Positions 43,790-55,127 of a stretch of DNA of 64,000 bases are shown piece by piece. Within the stretch, counting starts at the first letter, position 1. Every line of letters begins with the position of its first letter. The position numbers were made by a program, and so were the translations under genes. Under the pieces are notes generated by a model. It saw only the letters and a program-made list of their open reading frames with translations. It did not search any database and was not told where the DNA came from. Location of the stretch: contig BROI01000001.1 in the NCBI GenBank assembly GCA_027923505.1, forward strand, positions 2,914,001 to 2,978,000. Reading direction: 5' to 3'. The stretch is from Mayamaea pseudoterrestris (lineage: Eukaryota).

Positions 43790-46483
43790 TTAGTCAGCAT
43801 CGCTAACAGGCTTCGAAGCCTGAGGACCTGGAAACGGTAAGCGCTGACCCTTGTTGGGGCCGTCGCTTACAAAGACGAGCGGTTTATATTCTTCGTCTTT
43901 TTCCATCAGCGCTGAATTCTCGAAACGTTTCAACATGGCCGCCTTGCCCTGAATGCGGGCGTACGTAACGTCGCAAATCTTGTCGCTATTGAAAATGCGC
44001 CAGTGTTTACCAAAGTACTGCCGATGAAAAGTGACTATGTCCTTGTAGTCGACAAAGTTAATAAAAGCATACCCTCTATTGCACCTGTTCTTGAAATCAA
44101 TCGGCAAATAGAAAAAGTCGATCACGCCAGGACCAAGACCGCTCTCATGGAACTCGTCTAACAGCATCTGTTGCGAGTATTTGTTGGGAATATTTCGCAC
44201 CATAAGCGACGTTCGCGTGTCAAGGTCATGCTCGACAGCCTCTAAGTCCAGCATCAAGTGTCTATTGTCACCGTCGTCCTTCATAGATCCATACGATCGG
44301 CTGGATCTTCCAGAATTGATGCTACCGTTGTCAGAAGTAACGACATGCGAGTAATATGGAGTCGCGGCGCTCCGACCGGCCTGGACAAACGACCCACTAT
44401 TCACGCTTTGAGCACCGCCAAAAGATCCAGCCTGTATGGGAAGAAGTTGCGTCGACTGCGTCAATAAGCCATTTGTGGCCTGCATAGGAATCGTAGCGAG
44501 GTAAAGCTGACCGTCGGGTCCCTGGACAATCTGCTGCGTCGGCTGCTGGGCAAGTGGCTGCAGATGTCGAGGATTAAACTGTTGACCACTACTCATCTGA
44601 CCAAACTGGTTTACCTGATTTTGCTGAGGCGCAACTTGGACAACTTGATAACGACCATCGGGACCCAGAACAATTTGCGGAGTTGGGTTAATGGCTTGCT
44701 GTTGAATGCCACCCATGCCCGTGCCGCCTCGTAAACTCATCGAAGAAGCTTCCTTGCCACCAGGGGTCCACTGGACATTTTGTCTCGCTGGCGGCTGACC
44801 TCCCTCGGGCTCTCTTGCAGTCGAGGGTCTATTAATCGACTGGCGCCAACGGCTGAGCAAAGTCAACAACTCGCGGCCTCTCTTCCGTTCGATAGGATTG
44901 CGAGCACCGACTTCGACCGTCACATCAAAGCCCCATGGCTGGGAGCTCTCAAGCTCCAACAACGCTTGCTTGGAGTCTTGAATATTTTGAAACTCCACTA
45001 TAAAAGACCCTGCGGGCTGAAATAGCACAGACCGAACGGCACCATACGTATTTAGTACGGAGATCATCCCATTCTGATCAACGTGATGGGGCAAGTTGGC
45101 GATAACTATCTGGCCTTCATCAAACTGACTCGAAGCATTAAGAGGAAGGCAATAACGCACAAGAACCTCCTCGTTACTCCTTTTCTGAAGCATTAGGCGC
45201 TGAAGTACCGCTTCCAACTCAACCGCAGCAAATTGAGCACTTCGTATATCATAGTACGATACAAAGTACACTCCTTGGTGAGAGAAGTCGGCCCGAAATG
45301 AATCAATGGCACCGTACGCGTCACATGCTTGGCGAACGTCCGACGAGTTGAGCCACGAAACGCGTAGTATAGCAAGAGTTCTGCTGGGAGTGTTTCGATC
45401 AAGATCCCAAAGAAAAGGACGAAGCTCGTACTCTGCTTGCCGCGAGGATATCTCAGTTCCAGCTGCCGACTCAGAAATGGATGAATTCGCAATCGAATGG
45501 TCGTCACCGCCTCTCGAACGAGCCTGAGGCTTGAATTCACGTGCATTCGGCGACCAAATATGACCACTCGCGTCATGTGACTGAAATGAATCCGTCTGCT
45601 GCGTTAAATTGAATCCCTGCAATTGACTGGACAATGTACCAGTCTGAAAATTATTTCTCGTATCGAGTCGCTGTGAAACAATGCCCGAAATGCCACCGAA
45701 ATTAGCCGTGCTGTCCGGCTCCATGACATGCATACCAATTCCATTACTTTTTTGCATACCATCCGAGAAGCTCGAGCCAACGACTCGCTGACTCGTATCC
45801 GTGCCGATGCGGCTACCAGTATGGCCATGGTTGTTAAAGGCTTCGCTTCCAACCTTACGCGACGGCGTTGCCAAAATGCTTAACAACCCAGACGAGTCAC
45901 CTCTTCTTAAATTCGATTCGTACAGAGTGGCTGGTGGCTGGCTTTTGTGACTGTCAGCGAATAGATCTGCCCTCGCTTCGTAGGAGCCAACAAGGCGGGT
46001 AGCGGCATGCCTTGTCTGACGATGAAAGTTCAAATCATCCTTAAACATGCCTGTGTCATCGCGCTCTCGCTCTCTCGTCGAGTCTTCCATGGAATCCGAA
46101 AGTCCCTTACCGAGCATGTCGGCAAGATTGCTAAAGCTGGCCATGCGTTCACCCGAAGCAGCAGTATTTCTTATCGCGGCATCGGATGATGAATTGTACA
46201 AGTGCTTGCTATTTCCGCCGCCAGTGCCCCACAAAAGATTTTCGGCCACTTTGTTTCTCTCCTCTGGCCCGGCAGCGAATCCTGGAGGAGGCGGCGCAGA
46301 AAGCGGTCGTTCATACTCCTCTTGGACCAGCTCTCCTGGCTGGAGGGGGACAGCTCCGAGTATGTGTCCTTCGTTATTGGATGCCTGCAGCGAGTCTCCG
46401 TTGCTTCCTGCGTCGCCTCCCCACAGAGGCTGATGATCGCCATTTCGCCCACTTCCCAGCGCAGCATTATCTGCTAGACTCAT
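43790..46483 (-). CDS. Mei2-like RNA-binding protein (3 RRMs)
   Basis: Two central RRMs (FVSYYDIRSA; FIVEF) and the Mei2-specific RRM3 RTSLMVRNIPNKY..DFFYLPIDFKNRCNRGYAFINF..YARIQG. Confidence 0.93.
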   Translation of the reverse strand: MSLADNAALGSGRNGDHQPLWGGDAGSNGDSLQASNNEGHILGAVPLQPGELVQEEYERPLSAPPPPGFAAGPEERNKVAENLLWGTGGGNSKHLYNSSSDAAIRNTAASGERMASFSNLADMLGKGLSDSMEDSTRERERDDTGMFKDDLNFHRQTRHAATRLVGSYEARADLFADSHKSQPPATLYESNLRRGDSSGLLSILATPSRKVGSEAFNNHGHTGSRIGTDTSQRVVGSSFSDGMQKSNGIGMHVMEPDSTANFGGISGIVSQRLDTRNNFQTGTLSSQLQGFNLTQQTDSFQSHDASGHIWSPNAREFKPQARSRGGDDHSIANSSISESAAGTEISSRQAEYELRPFLWDLDRNTPSRTLAILRVSWLNSSDVRQACDAYGAIDSFRADFSHQGVYFVSYYDIRSAQFAAVELEAVLQRLMLQKRSNEEVLVRYCLPLNASSQFDEGQIVIANLPHHVDQNGMISVLNTYGAVRSVLFQPAGSFIVEFQNIQDSKQALLELESSQPWGFDVTVEVGARNPIERKRGRELLTLLSRWRQSINRPSTAREPEGGQPPARQNVQWTPGGKEASSMSLRGGTGMGGIQQQAINPTPQIVLGPDGRYQVVQVAPQQNQVNQFGQMSSGQQFNPRHLQPLAQQPTQQIVQGPDGQLYLATIPMQATNGLLTQSTQLLPIQAGSFGGAQSVNSGSFVQAGRSAATPYYSHVVTSDNGSINSGRSSRSYGSMKDDGDNRHLMLDLEAVEHDLDTRTSLMVRNIPNKYSQQMLLDEFHESGLGPGVIDFFYLPIDFKNRCNRGYAFINFVDYKDIVTFHRQYFGKHWRIFNSDKICDVTYARIQGKAAMLKRFENSALMEKDEEYKPLVFVSDGPNKGQRLPFPGPQASKPVSDAD

Positions 46484-47020
46484 GTTGAAAATCTACAAAT
46501 ATCTATGAAACTAACCAAAAAGGCCTGCCGTAGATTGACGGAAAAGGGCGGAAGATTGTCCGATTCGAGTACTGATGCTTGCCGCGAAAATTGCACGAGA
46601 GTCAATGCTGTATTCGTCGGCTACATCCACCCGGGGTCAGTATGACGAGGATTTGGTCCAATTGAGGCGAAATCGCAGCGCTGGCACAGAAAACTAGTTC
46701 CGAGCAGCAACAATTGTAGTGGCTCCTGTTGATGCTTGGAGAAGTTTGTGATGGTTCCTGGAATCCGTGGGCGGCGCGCCACTAACGGCAGAGAGACAGG
46801 GTTGAGGTTTTATATTCAGTCCCGTGTACGGTTTCTTTCCACGAATAAACCTACTCTTTGTGTCATACATTAGTCATTCACGCTGATCATTTTTCTAGTC
46901 TTACCGGTACACCTATGACACCTTCGCGACGGCAGCTTCTGCAACTGCCTCACGACCAAAAATCGAATACGCTTATACTCTACAAGCGAGAGCAGTCTGC
47001 CTATTATTATAATTGCGTAC

Positions 47021-48103
47021 ATGTGCGGACGGGCTGCTCAAACTTATAGAGCCGCTGCTGCAGCAGCACATTCCTTCGGCGTCGACGATTCATGGATTGA
47101 GGAATTCATTCCTAGTAATGATCATGGCCATGCGCAATCATCAACGAGCAAGACAGATGTCACGCAGAGCGAGGAGTCTGTATTTGATAATTTTAACATG
47201 AGTCCTGGGATGGACGCGTTTGTTATTTCGAAAGCAGGCGATGGAAAGATCCAAGTTGATCGCAAAACATGGGGGCTCGTAACTCGAAAGGGTTCTCGAG
47301 CATCGCCAATTCCCATTGGGATGAATCTCCACTTTTCCAACCTAATGTTCAATGCTCGATCTGATACTCTATGGGAGAAACCCACTTTTGCAAAGCTTGC
47401 TGGTCAAGGCAAGTCTTGTCTCATTGCAGTTGACGGATTTTTCGAATGGAAGAGTCTTGTCAAGGGCACCAAAAAGCAACCTTATTTTGTGTTTAGGAAA
47501 CAATTAGAAGCTAATGATACCGAAAGTAAGCGGCGCCCATATTTGCTAATGGCTGGTCTTTGGACTAGTGTGTCGACGGGTCGTGACGGTGAGGACGACA
47601 AAGATGATTCGACACTCGATACCTTCACCATTCTAACCACTGATGTTTGCGAACCGCTTAAGTGGTTGCATACTCGCATGCCTCTTTGTATTTGGGACGA
47701 GAAACTGGCTCTTGATTGGCTCGAAAATCCTACAAGAAGTGTTCATCAGCGTCTAGAGCAGGCTTGTGTTGCTACACCTGAAGGCGCCTTTGACTGGCAT
47801 GCAGTGTCGCCCGAAATGTCGTCTCTCAAATTTCGATCTAGAGATGCTATGAAACCCATGCCTGCACCGACAAAAATTACTTCATTTTTTCAAAAAAAGA
47901 CGGACCTTACTGATAACAGCAAGTGCTCAAACACTGCGACGAACAATACGAAACACACCATGGGATCTCCTCCTATCGCGCCGTCACCTCCCAAAAAGCT
48001 GTGCACTAGTAGTTCTGCGGCTCCTTCGTCAACCGACTCGAAAGCTAAGCCATCAGTGAAGAAGGGTCCACTTGACTTTTTTGTGAAGAAGGAGTTTACG
48101 TGA
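47021..48103 (+). CDS. HMCES: SRAP-domain abasic-site processing protein (HMCES/YedK)
   Basis: N-terminal MCGR (catalytic Cys2), NMSPG, WGLV, FNARSD, DGFFEW, KQPYF, LHTRMP. Confidence 0.93.
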   Translation: MCGRAAQTYRAAAAAAHSFGVDDSWIEEFIPSNDHGHAQSSTSKTDVTQSEESVFDNFNMSPGMDAFVISKAGDGKIQVDRKTWGLVTRKGSRASPIPIGMNLHFSNLMFNARSDTLWEKPTFAKLAGQGKSCLIAVDGFFEWKSLVKGTKKQPYFVFRKQLEANDTESKRRPYLLMAGLWTSVSTGRDGEDDKDDSTLDTFTILTTDVCEPLKWLHTRMPLCIWDEKLALDWLENPTRSVHQRLEQACVATPEGAFDWHAVSPEMSSLKFRSRDAMKPMPAPTKITSFFQKKTDLTDNSKCSNTATNNTKHTMGSPPIAPSPPKKLCTSSSAAPSSTDSKAKPSVKKGPLDFFVKKEFT

Positions 48104-48270
48104 CGCATGCCGTCAGAGACTTTTACTGACGGAAGACTACGGAGTTGTGAAGTGACTACTTTAGCTTTTATATGCCACTTAATCATTAGCAAAACGAAAC
48201 ACTAGTACATGTAAGCGATGCAATACGATAGCGCCACGAGCAAGTTCGTTAATTCCGATATACCTTGTGA

Positions 48271-50335
48271 CTAGCAGGGGTATGTGTTCTCAGCCGAGAA
48301 TGTGTGATGTTGTCCTCCGTTAGACCATGACGAGGTAGCAGTTACTTGTGGCTTCTGTGCTTCCTCCGTCGGAATGGCCAACACGGCTGAGTGCATTGGT
48401 ATCTCATCAACTGGACATTTCGGCGGACCCATGGGTGTCTGAAGACTTGGTTTCAAACAGCGTTCGTGAAACATGTGGCCGCATGGACGGAGCTGCGTGT
48501 CGACATCTGGCTGCTGACAAATCGCGCAGACAGTCGATGTGGAAACCTTGACATGTCCGTCTGTTTCATTGTTTTCCGCAGAGTAGCCTGGCCGAGACTC
48601 AACTGGTTGTATCCCCGCGTATTGCGACGAAGCATGTTCGCTGGGGCCAACGGAAGATGATGCGTAAGAATAGATAAGCTCATGCGATTGTTCCAGGTGT
48701 TTATTCTGCTTAATAAACTCCTGTGAAAGCGTTCGCTGAATTTTTGGAGGCAAGTCGAGATCGGTAAGTCTTTCGCAGCTTCGACTGACAGCCAAAAGTC
48801 CACGAGCAGCGAGTGCATCATCATAATGACGCTTCAAATGGCCAGACTCATATTCCTCGTCCGCCGAATTCATTGGCGCAGGCTGCGGAGCCCCCGATGC
48901 TCCCGTATTAAAGTCCTTCTTGGGTGATGTATGAGTCGGAGATTCGTCTTCCAACGACAAGCCAATATCGCCTTCATCCTCCCCAGATTGCTTCATATTC
49001 TTGTCCTTCATCATTCCACCCATACCGCTAAGATTGTTCGAGCTGCGATCACCAAAAAATACCTCAAGAAAAGCATATGAATCATTCCGACCCATCGACT
49101 CCATACTCTTCACTTGTGCGAGATTGCCCATGCGATTGAAACTGCCCTTGCCAGCAACATCAGTGCCGGACAAGCTCGTAATGCTTTTGACCCCAGGAAT
49201 GGTGCCCAAATTGTTTAACGACGTAATGCTAGAAAAGTGTGGCCAGGAATTGAGCGTGGGAACGTTATTGCTAAGGTCTCGTTGAGAAGTTGCCTTCATT
49301 GGATGCTGGCCCGATGGCATGGGCGCCGACTGCGCAAATTGCTGTTGCTGTTGTTGCTGCTGCTGATGTTGCGCTGGCATTGGAGGTTGAGAAGCGACAC
49401 CACCTTGCTGTTGCTGAGGATCAGCCTTGCTGCGAGCCGATTCCGTGGCTTGTCGGACTAAATCTTGATCGCGAGCAAACAATTCCATGAGCACAGCGTG
49501 GCTATCAGTTTTATTCAGATTGACGTTAGACGAAAGCTGTGGCAACGTTCCAATAGAGTTGTTTGACGCCATGCTTCCATGCGATGTCGTCTGTGCATCC
49601 GGCTGCGAAATGTAGTATTGGTTCGTACTGCCGTCGTTGTACATTTGGTTTCCGTAGATATCCGTCTATAGAAAAGAATCAATCAAAAACAACACTTAGC
49701 ATAAGAATGAGGTATCAAAGCCCAATGCCCAGCATTTAATCGTACCTGTCCCGATTGACTCTGATTGTGCTCAACCGCCTGCTGATAGTGAACGCGCATA
49801 GCTTGCACCGAATGAGGATTGTCCATACTAGACTGAACTGAAGCACCACCCATATGCGGAATCATGAGGCCAGCACCCGACGTCGTCGTAAGCTTGCCCT
49901 GCTCAATTTGTTTCTTAAGCATCGGTTTCCATATTCGTCGGCGGGCATTCGTAAACCAATTCTTGAGCTGCTTCTTGTCAATTCCCGTCTTTTGCATAAG
50001 CATAGCCTGGTCTTGCGGCGTTGGATACGGATGCGTAAAATGCTCAGGCGAGAGCAGCCTGTATAAATAGTTCCAATTAGTCGTCCATGGAAACAATTCG
50101 AAATGTTACATCTACAATCAAATGTCGTCACGTACCAAGCCTTAAGCGTATTGACAGCGCCGGCGGGCAACTCTCTGCGTGATTTGCAGCGACCCTTTCC
50201 AGATCCGAGTTCCTCAGATCCATCATCGTCGTCATAATCCGCCATGGGCAGTTCTTCTTCTTGTTCGTCGTCTGAATGACCAGTTAATTTTCTTTCACGT
50301 AACGAGTACGATGGATGAACCGCCGATTGTAACAT
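48271..50335 (-). CDS. TALE-class homeodomain protein with a C-terminal RING finger; introns 50135-50059 and 49745-49666
   Basis: Spliced RRELPAGAVNTLKAWLLSPEHFTHPYPT..QLKNWFTNARRRIWKP. Both introns are GT..AG and in phase. C-terminal CAIC..RPCGHMFHERC..CPVD. Confidence 0.88.
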
Positions 50336-50917
50336 GTAGTACGTAGCAACGATGGAAGGAGGACGGATGGCGTCTGGTACAGTCTTTATCCCGCAATAGC
50401 AATTTACAATCTGTCAAGCAAGCAATATATATGGATTTTGGTTTTGAATAAAGTCTTGTCGACAGGCAAGATGGACTTGAAGCTCCTCGCGTTCGCGTCT
50501 GCTGTGAAGGAGAGGATGCCATCGTGTTGCTGCGGCTGTCGAGAGGCTAGGATAGGCCCAAATTGACACTTTCCGAATCCACGTCACTGCCACGTAGAAT
50601 TGATGGTGCTCCGTTTATGACTTTTCAATGACAGTATTCATGACCGTTGATTGCTCCAAAGGTGTTTTGTTGCATTCCGTCGTCCATCAATTCAAATCGG
50701 TGGTCGCCGCGCTGATTGATGCAAACGAATGGTGCATAACGGAGATCAGCAAATGAATGGTCTGAGAGAACGAAGTCGGCTCGACCATAGAATTTGGAAA
50801 ATGATTGATGTCTTCGAAACTTCGCTTACAACTCTGACAGCTTTTGATGCAACCTAACGAACTGATTCGCGAAGTACTGCAGAGAATAGATTGCATAAGG
50901 CTGTCTTGTTAAAAGTA

Positions 50918-51991
50918 ATGGACGTGGACGAACTTGCGGCCGAGTCGAGGCAAGCAGATGATGCGGTTGATGGCTCATCATTGATGGGTCGTAGGCGTGC
51001 TCAGTCTGTCACATCAGTCGCTAGTGTTGAAACCGTAATCGTGAAGGCGAAGCGAGCTGCATCATCTTTATGGATGCTGCTGCACTCGCAGGTAAGTCGT
51101 TTATGTCGGGAGTCATTTTTTGCACTTTATTACTCACGTACTCGAACCAGTCTAACACCTCACACTTTTAACAACGATCATCAACAGAATTGTGCAGGTA
51201 TTTCATGTCCTCATACTGGTTGCTATGAAGCAAAGCTACTCCAACTGCATATAAAAACTTGCGCTGCGGGAGGAAATTTTGATTGCCCAGCGAACCATCC
51301 CGGTTGCGATAAGGCTCGTAAGCTGCTTGCTCACTACCATCGTTGTCGTACGACGAGAGCGAGGCAGGTGGGACAAATGCCGAGTCGAAGGGATGCTGGA
51401 CAGCAGCAATGTTTGGTGTGCTCGCTTGTCGCCCGACAAGCACGAACAATGCTGGAACGCAATTCTGTTATCAGTCTGTCCGGTGGCGCAAGTTCCACAA
51501 AACTGACTACAAAACAGCATTCCTCGCCATCATCGTTTGATGTACCAACTAAAGTCATTGGGGAGCCGATAGGCTCGCCGAATTCGAGTGAAGAATTTAT
51601 GCCGCCGCCACCACCAAGACCTGCCCGCGCCTTACCAGCAATGGCAACCTTTGACAAAGTCGATTCAGGTTCAGCCGGCACGAAGCTAAGGCAGTTGTCT
51701 GCGGCTTTGTCTGATCCGTCCTTGGCGTGTCTTGCGCAAGATGAGTATGGCGGCAGCTTTGACAGTGCTATGAAGAATTACGGATACAAGTCGCAACCTT
51801 TGAACCTCGCTCGTGGTCGCGACAGATCTTTGTCGACGAGCAAAACTGTCTTAAAGAGCAAGCATGTTAGCGTTGGCACCGCAACTTCTGTTCGCCATCG
51901 TCGTCGGAGGAGCGCATCGGTAGGCTGCATTCCATGTGCTGGGTCGACGTCATGCAGTACAATTGAGGAGGAGGAACCGCTGATAGAGTAA
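50918..51991 (+). CDS. TAZ zinc-finger protein; probable intron 51092-51187
   Basis: LLHSQ|NC..CPHTGC..HIKTC..CP..PGC..LLAHYHRC..CLVC, the HCCC repeat pattern of zf-TAZ. Confidence 0.8.
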   Translation: MDVDELAAESRQADDAVDGSSLMGRRRAQSVTSVASVETVIVKAKRAASSLWMLLHSQVSRLCRESFFALYYSRTRTSLTPHTFNNDHQQNCAGISCPHTGCYEAKLLQLHIKTCAAGGNFDCPANHPGCDKARKLLAHYHRCRTTRARQVGQMPSRRDAGQQQCLVCSLVARQARTMLERNSVISLSGGASSTKLTTKQHSSPSSFDVPTKVIGEPIGSPNSSEEFMPPPPPRPARALPAMATFDKVDSGSAGTKLRQLSAALSDPSLACLAQDEYGGSFDSAMKNYGYKSQPLNLARGRDRSLSTSKTVLKSKHVSVGTATSVRHRRRRSASVGCIPCAGSTSCSTIEEEEPLIE

Positions 51992-52342
51992 CCACGAAGT
52001 ATTACTGCGATCGCCATTATTATAATGAATTTTGTTATATGCTACGGTATGGCCTTGCAATTATCTTTAGACCTATTATTGCGACGGAAGCTTAGCTTGG
52101 CTTACAGAAGTTAGATTAGCTTTCGGATGGACAATGTCGCAGCAACACTAGATGACGAAGAATTCCGATGACTTCTCGAAACATCACGAATCAATTCGTC
52201 GTTTTCGATCGTCTCAAGATCCCGAGGACGATGGAAGATCTTGACGCGAACCTGTTGGAAGATGTTGTAACTTCGAAGAAGCAGGCTGCATTCATAAAAA
52301 TCGCAACAGCTCAAGTTCGAAACATACCAATCAACTTTAAAA

Positions 52343-52921
52343 ATGATCATGCGTCTATCCACTCTCTGCATCCTCAGCATGTGCGCGGCGCAAACCCTCG
52401 CATTTGCAGGACGGCATGCTCCATTCGCTGTCGCCTCCCAGCAGCGTTCCACTGTGACCATGAGGGCCATGGATGGAGATGATCAAGGCATCTTGTCCAA
52501 GGCAGGTGATAAGATCCAAGATGGCTTTGACGCGACCAAGGAGAAAGTAAAGGCTGGCTTTGAGAAGACCAAGGATGTCGCTGCGTCGGCCTACGAAAAG
52601 ACGAAGGACTTTGTCACTCCCGATGACGGTGACGTTGATGAAGTCAAGAACAAGGCTAGAAACGCTAAGGACAATGTCGGAGACAAGCTCAACGAGGCGG
52701 GCAACAAAATCCAAGACGGATTCGAAACTGCGAAAGACAAGACCGCATCCGCCTTTGACAGCGCAAAAGACAAGGCTGGCAATGCCAAGGAAAGCGCCGA
52801 GTCTAATTTCGAAAAGTCAAAGCATGAGGCCAAGGACGGCCTTAACAAGGCTGGCGACAAAGCACAGTCTGCCGCAAGAGACACGAAAAACGCCGCCAAG
52901 GACAGCGTGGACAAGTTGTAA
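52343..52921 (+). CDS. LEA (group 3-like) hydrophilic repeat protein, probably plastid-targeted
   Basis: Signal peptide ending TLA-F plus a transit region. K/D/A-rich 11-mer-like repeats (DKIQDGFDATK, NKIQDGFETAK, DKTASAFDSAK). Confidence 0.8.
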   Translation: MIMRLSTLCILSMCAAQTLAFAGRHAPFAVASQQRSTVTMRAMDGDDQGILSKAGDKIQDGFDATKEKVKAGFEKTKDVAASAYEKTKDFVTPDDGDVDEVKNKARNAKDNVGDKLNEAGNKIQDGFETAKDKTASAFDSAKDKAGNAKESAESNFEKSKHEAKDGLNKAGDKAQSAARDTKNAAKDSVDKL

Positions 52922-53052
52922 GAATGCATCAACGCGTTGTAACCAATGGGCCGATATCTTAACACGAGAAGTCAATCAAGTCCCAGGTAGCTATTTCTGT
53001 CCTCTATTTTGCTAATTACATGACTAAATGCAGCTTGAACACTACTTTTAAA

Positions 53053-54030
53053 CTATGTCTGGTAGTGATGTTCGTGCGGCTCCAAAACAACGCCATCTTC
53101 AAACACTACTCTTCGAAAGTGAAAGTCTGGAGAGAGCGCGTCCCACCACTTAAACTCGCAAACAGTAGAAACTTTCTTGGCTTGCACGTAAAGCGTATCG
53201 CCCATGTCATTGACTCCGCCTTCCTCAATCATGTAGTCGTAAACCAGTGTTTGGACAAGCTGCTCCATTTCCTCCACCTCCAACACAATTTTGCACACTT
53301 TTTTGTCAATCATGGTTTTCTGGATCTCCGAAACCGTCACGCCTTGACCACCATTCATCTTTTGAACGCAGAAAATGATAAAGTTACGTAGTTCATCAAT
53401 AAATTCGTGGTCAAACTCCAAGTCGCTGTACCAGACACCACCCGTCAACTCTTTGGATGGCACCAAGTCAAACAACATGTATAGCTTTTTGGCTTTGGCA
53501 GTGACTGACTTGACTGGCTTGATGAGGCGTCGCTGTTCGAGTGTTTTGAAGATTTTGTTGAGGGCTTGCTGCTGAATGTTCGTTTGAAGTCGAACGTCTT
53601 TCGTCCAAAGCCCCATGTTACCCGCTCGTTCAATAACGCTGTATACCATTTTGGTATTGCGATCAAGTCCTTCGAATTTGGAGGCTTGCTCGGGTGCGAT
53701 GATTGTGTAGGACAATTCGCCAGTGGAGGGCATGACACTCATGTTCAGTCGATTCTCTTGGGTCAGTGCATTGATAATTGGAACGAGCTGCGGATACAAA
53801 CCTTCGCCGAAGACTTCTTTGAGTTCACCATTTGAAATGCCCAATTTGTATCGCTCGTCCGACAGAGTCTTGATGAAGCGTTCGCGAAGGTCTTGGGCGC
53901 TTTCCGCGGCGGCTGATCCAGTCGTTTGTCCGACCTCTACTTTGACGATGGCATGTCCATTACCGGTAGCTCGACTACGTTTCGCAGCAGGAACAACTGG
54001 TGTCGCAATTGCACGCTTTTTAGTTGCCAT
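53053..54030 (-). CDS. POLR3F: RNA polymerase III subunit RPC6/C34
   Basis: IERAGNMGLWTKD..KTLEQRRLIKPVKSV..KKLYMLFDLVPSKELTGGVWY..EFDHEFI. Confidence 0.93.
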   Translation of the reverse strand: MATKKRAIATPVVPAAKRSRATGNGHAIVKVEVGQTTGSAAAESAQDLRERFIKTLSDERYKLGISNGELKEVFGEGLYPQLVPIINALTQENRLNMSVMPSTGELSYTIIAPEQASKFEGLDRNTKMVYSVIERAGNMGLWTKDVRLQTNIQQQALNKIFKTLEQRRLIKPVKSVTAKAKKLYMLFDLVPSKELTGGVWYSDLEFDHEFIDELRNFIIFCVQKMNGGQGVTVSEIQKTMIDKKVCKIVLEVEEMEQLVQTLVYDYMIEEGGVNDMGDTLYVQAKKVSTVCEFKWWDALSPDFHFRRVVFEDGVVLEPHEHHYQT

Positions 54031-54235
54031 GACGAAGTTCAGATGATGCTGCTGCAGTTAACATTGTGATGGTCAAAGCATCGATGGTCGCAAATAATGT
54101 GAGGCGGAATGTCGGGAACCGGTGCGATGTCATGCTACATCGATTTCAACTTGCTTGCTCATCCTATCATACATAGCTTACTGCTAATCACATTCATTGC
54201 AAACCTGCTCAATCAAACTATTGTCTATAGCAGCA

Positions 54236-54893
54236 TTACTCCATGTTCTTTTTGTAGAAATCTACCAGAACTGTGCCAGTAGCGTTTCGTCCGTTGTCGG
54301 GCGTCGCAACGGACCAATCCGGATTGATTTCATACATTGGAGCGTCCTTTGGAAGGTCACCGTCCGGAAAGCACACGGACATGGGTAGCGGTGGGTTTCT
54401 CATAAATTTAGATCCACCTGGCATGACTGGAAGGCGATAGATATCGGGGTGCGAGTTGCTATATAGTTCGTCTTGTCCTTCCTGAAGGTGTCGCATAAAA
54501 CGAGCAAATAATGTGGATGAAATACATAAATGAGTGAGCACCTCGCGTTCAACTGTAAACGCCTATTCATCAATAACATAGAACTTACATGTAACAATCG
54601 CAAAGCAAGAGGAGGCGGCGCGCCTCGATGGGCATCGAATCGTTCTCGCAACTTGGTGGCTTCATCGTTGAAAATGTCTCGATCAACGGCCCAGCTTAGC
54701 AGCGTCTTGAGCGAATGTCGGTACAAGTGAGCAACCTGCAATGCAAGAAGAGTTTCTTGTTAGCAATAATCATGAGCAAGCTCTTTCAACTGGAGCGAGG
54801 ATCGTCATATTGCAAGTTTACCTGCTGATTGTGCGAGAGACTTGGTGACACTTGACGTGCCGTATCGGCAGCCGCCTGGAAAATGTTATTCAT
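54236..54893 (-). CDS. NDUFB9: Complex I subunit B22 (LYR family); exons 54893-54822, 54735-54589, 54481-54236
   Basis: VAHLYRHSLKTLLSWAVDR..LRERFD..HPDIY..PGGSKFMRN. All three exons are whole codons with GT..AG introns. Confidence 0.9.
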
Positions 54894-55127
54894 GTTTTGC
54901 GGGCGAACGAGACGCATGGTGCAAGAATATACAAGGTAAATACAAGGCGATGGAAGGATGATCAAGAAGAAGCAAAAGCCTTTCGATGCTCCAGTTGATG
55001 CTGGTTGATCGCGACCGCGACGAAACTGACGGACGCACGGGGTGCGATCGAGTTGAGGATTCCGGATTCCATCAACGCTGCGACGCTGCGCCGTTCGTCT
55101 CACTTTTTCGTTGCGCGCGTTTCGACC

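Noticed and set aside
49330..49420. CAG/CAA-type repeat
   Set aside because: Encodes the poly-Gln tract of the homeodomain protein; ordinary coding low complexity.
52355..53015. Overlapping ORFs in other frames across the LEA gene
   Set aside because: Explained by repetitive, biased codon usage.
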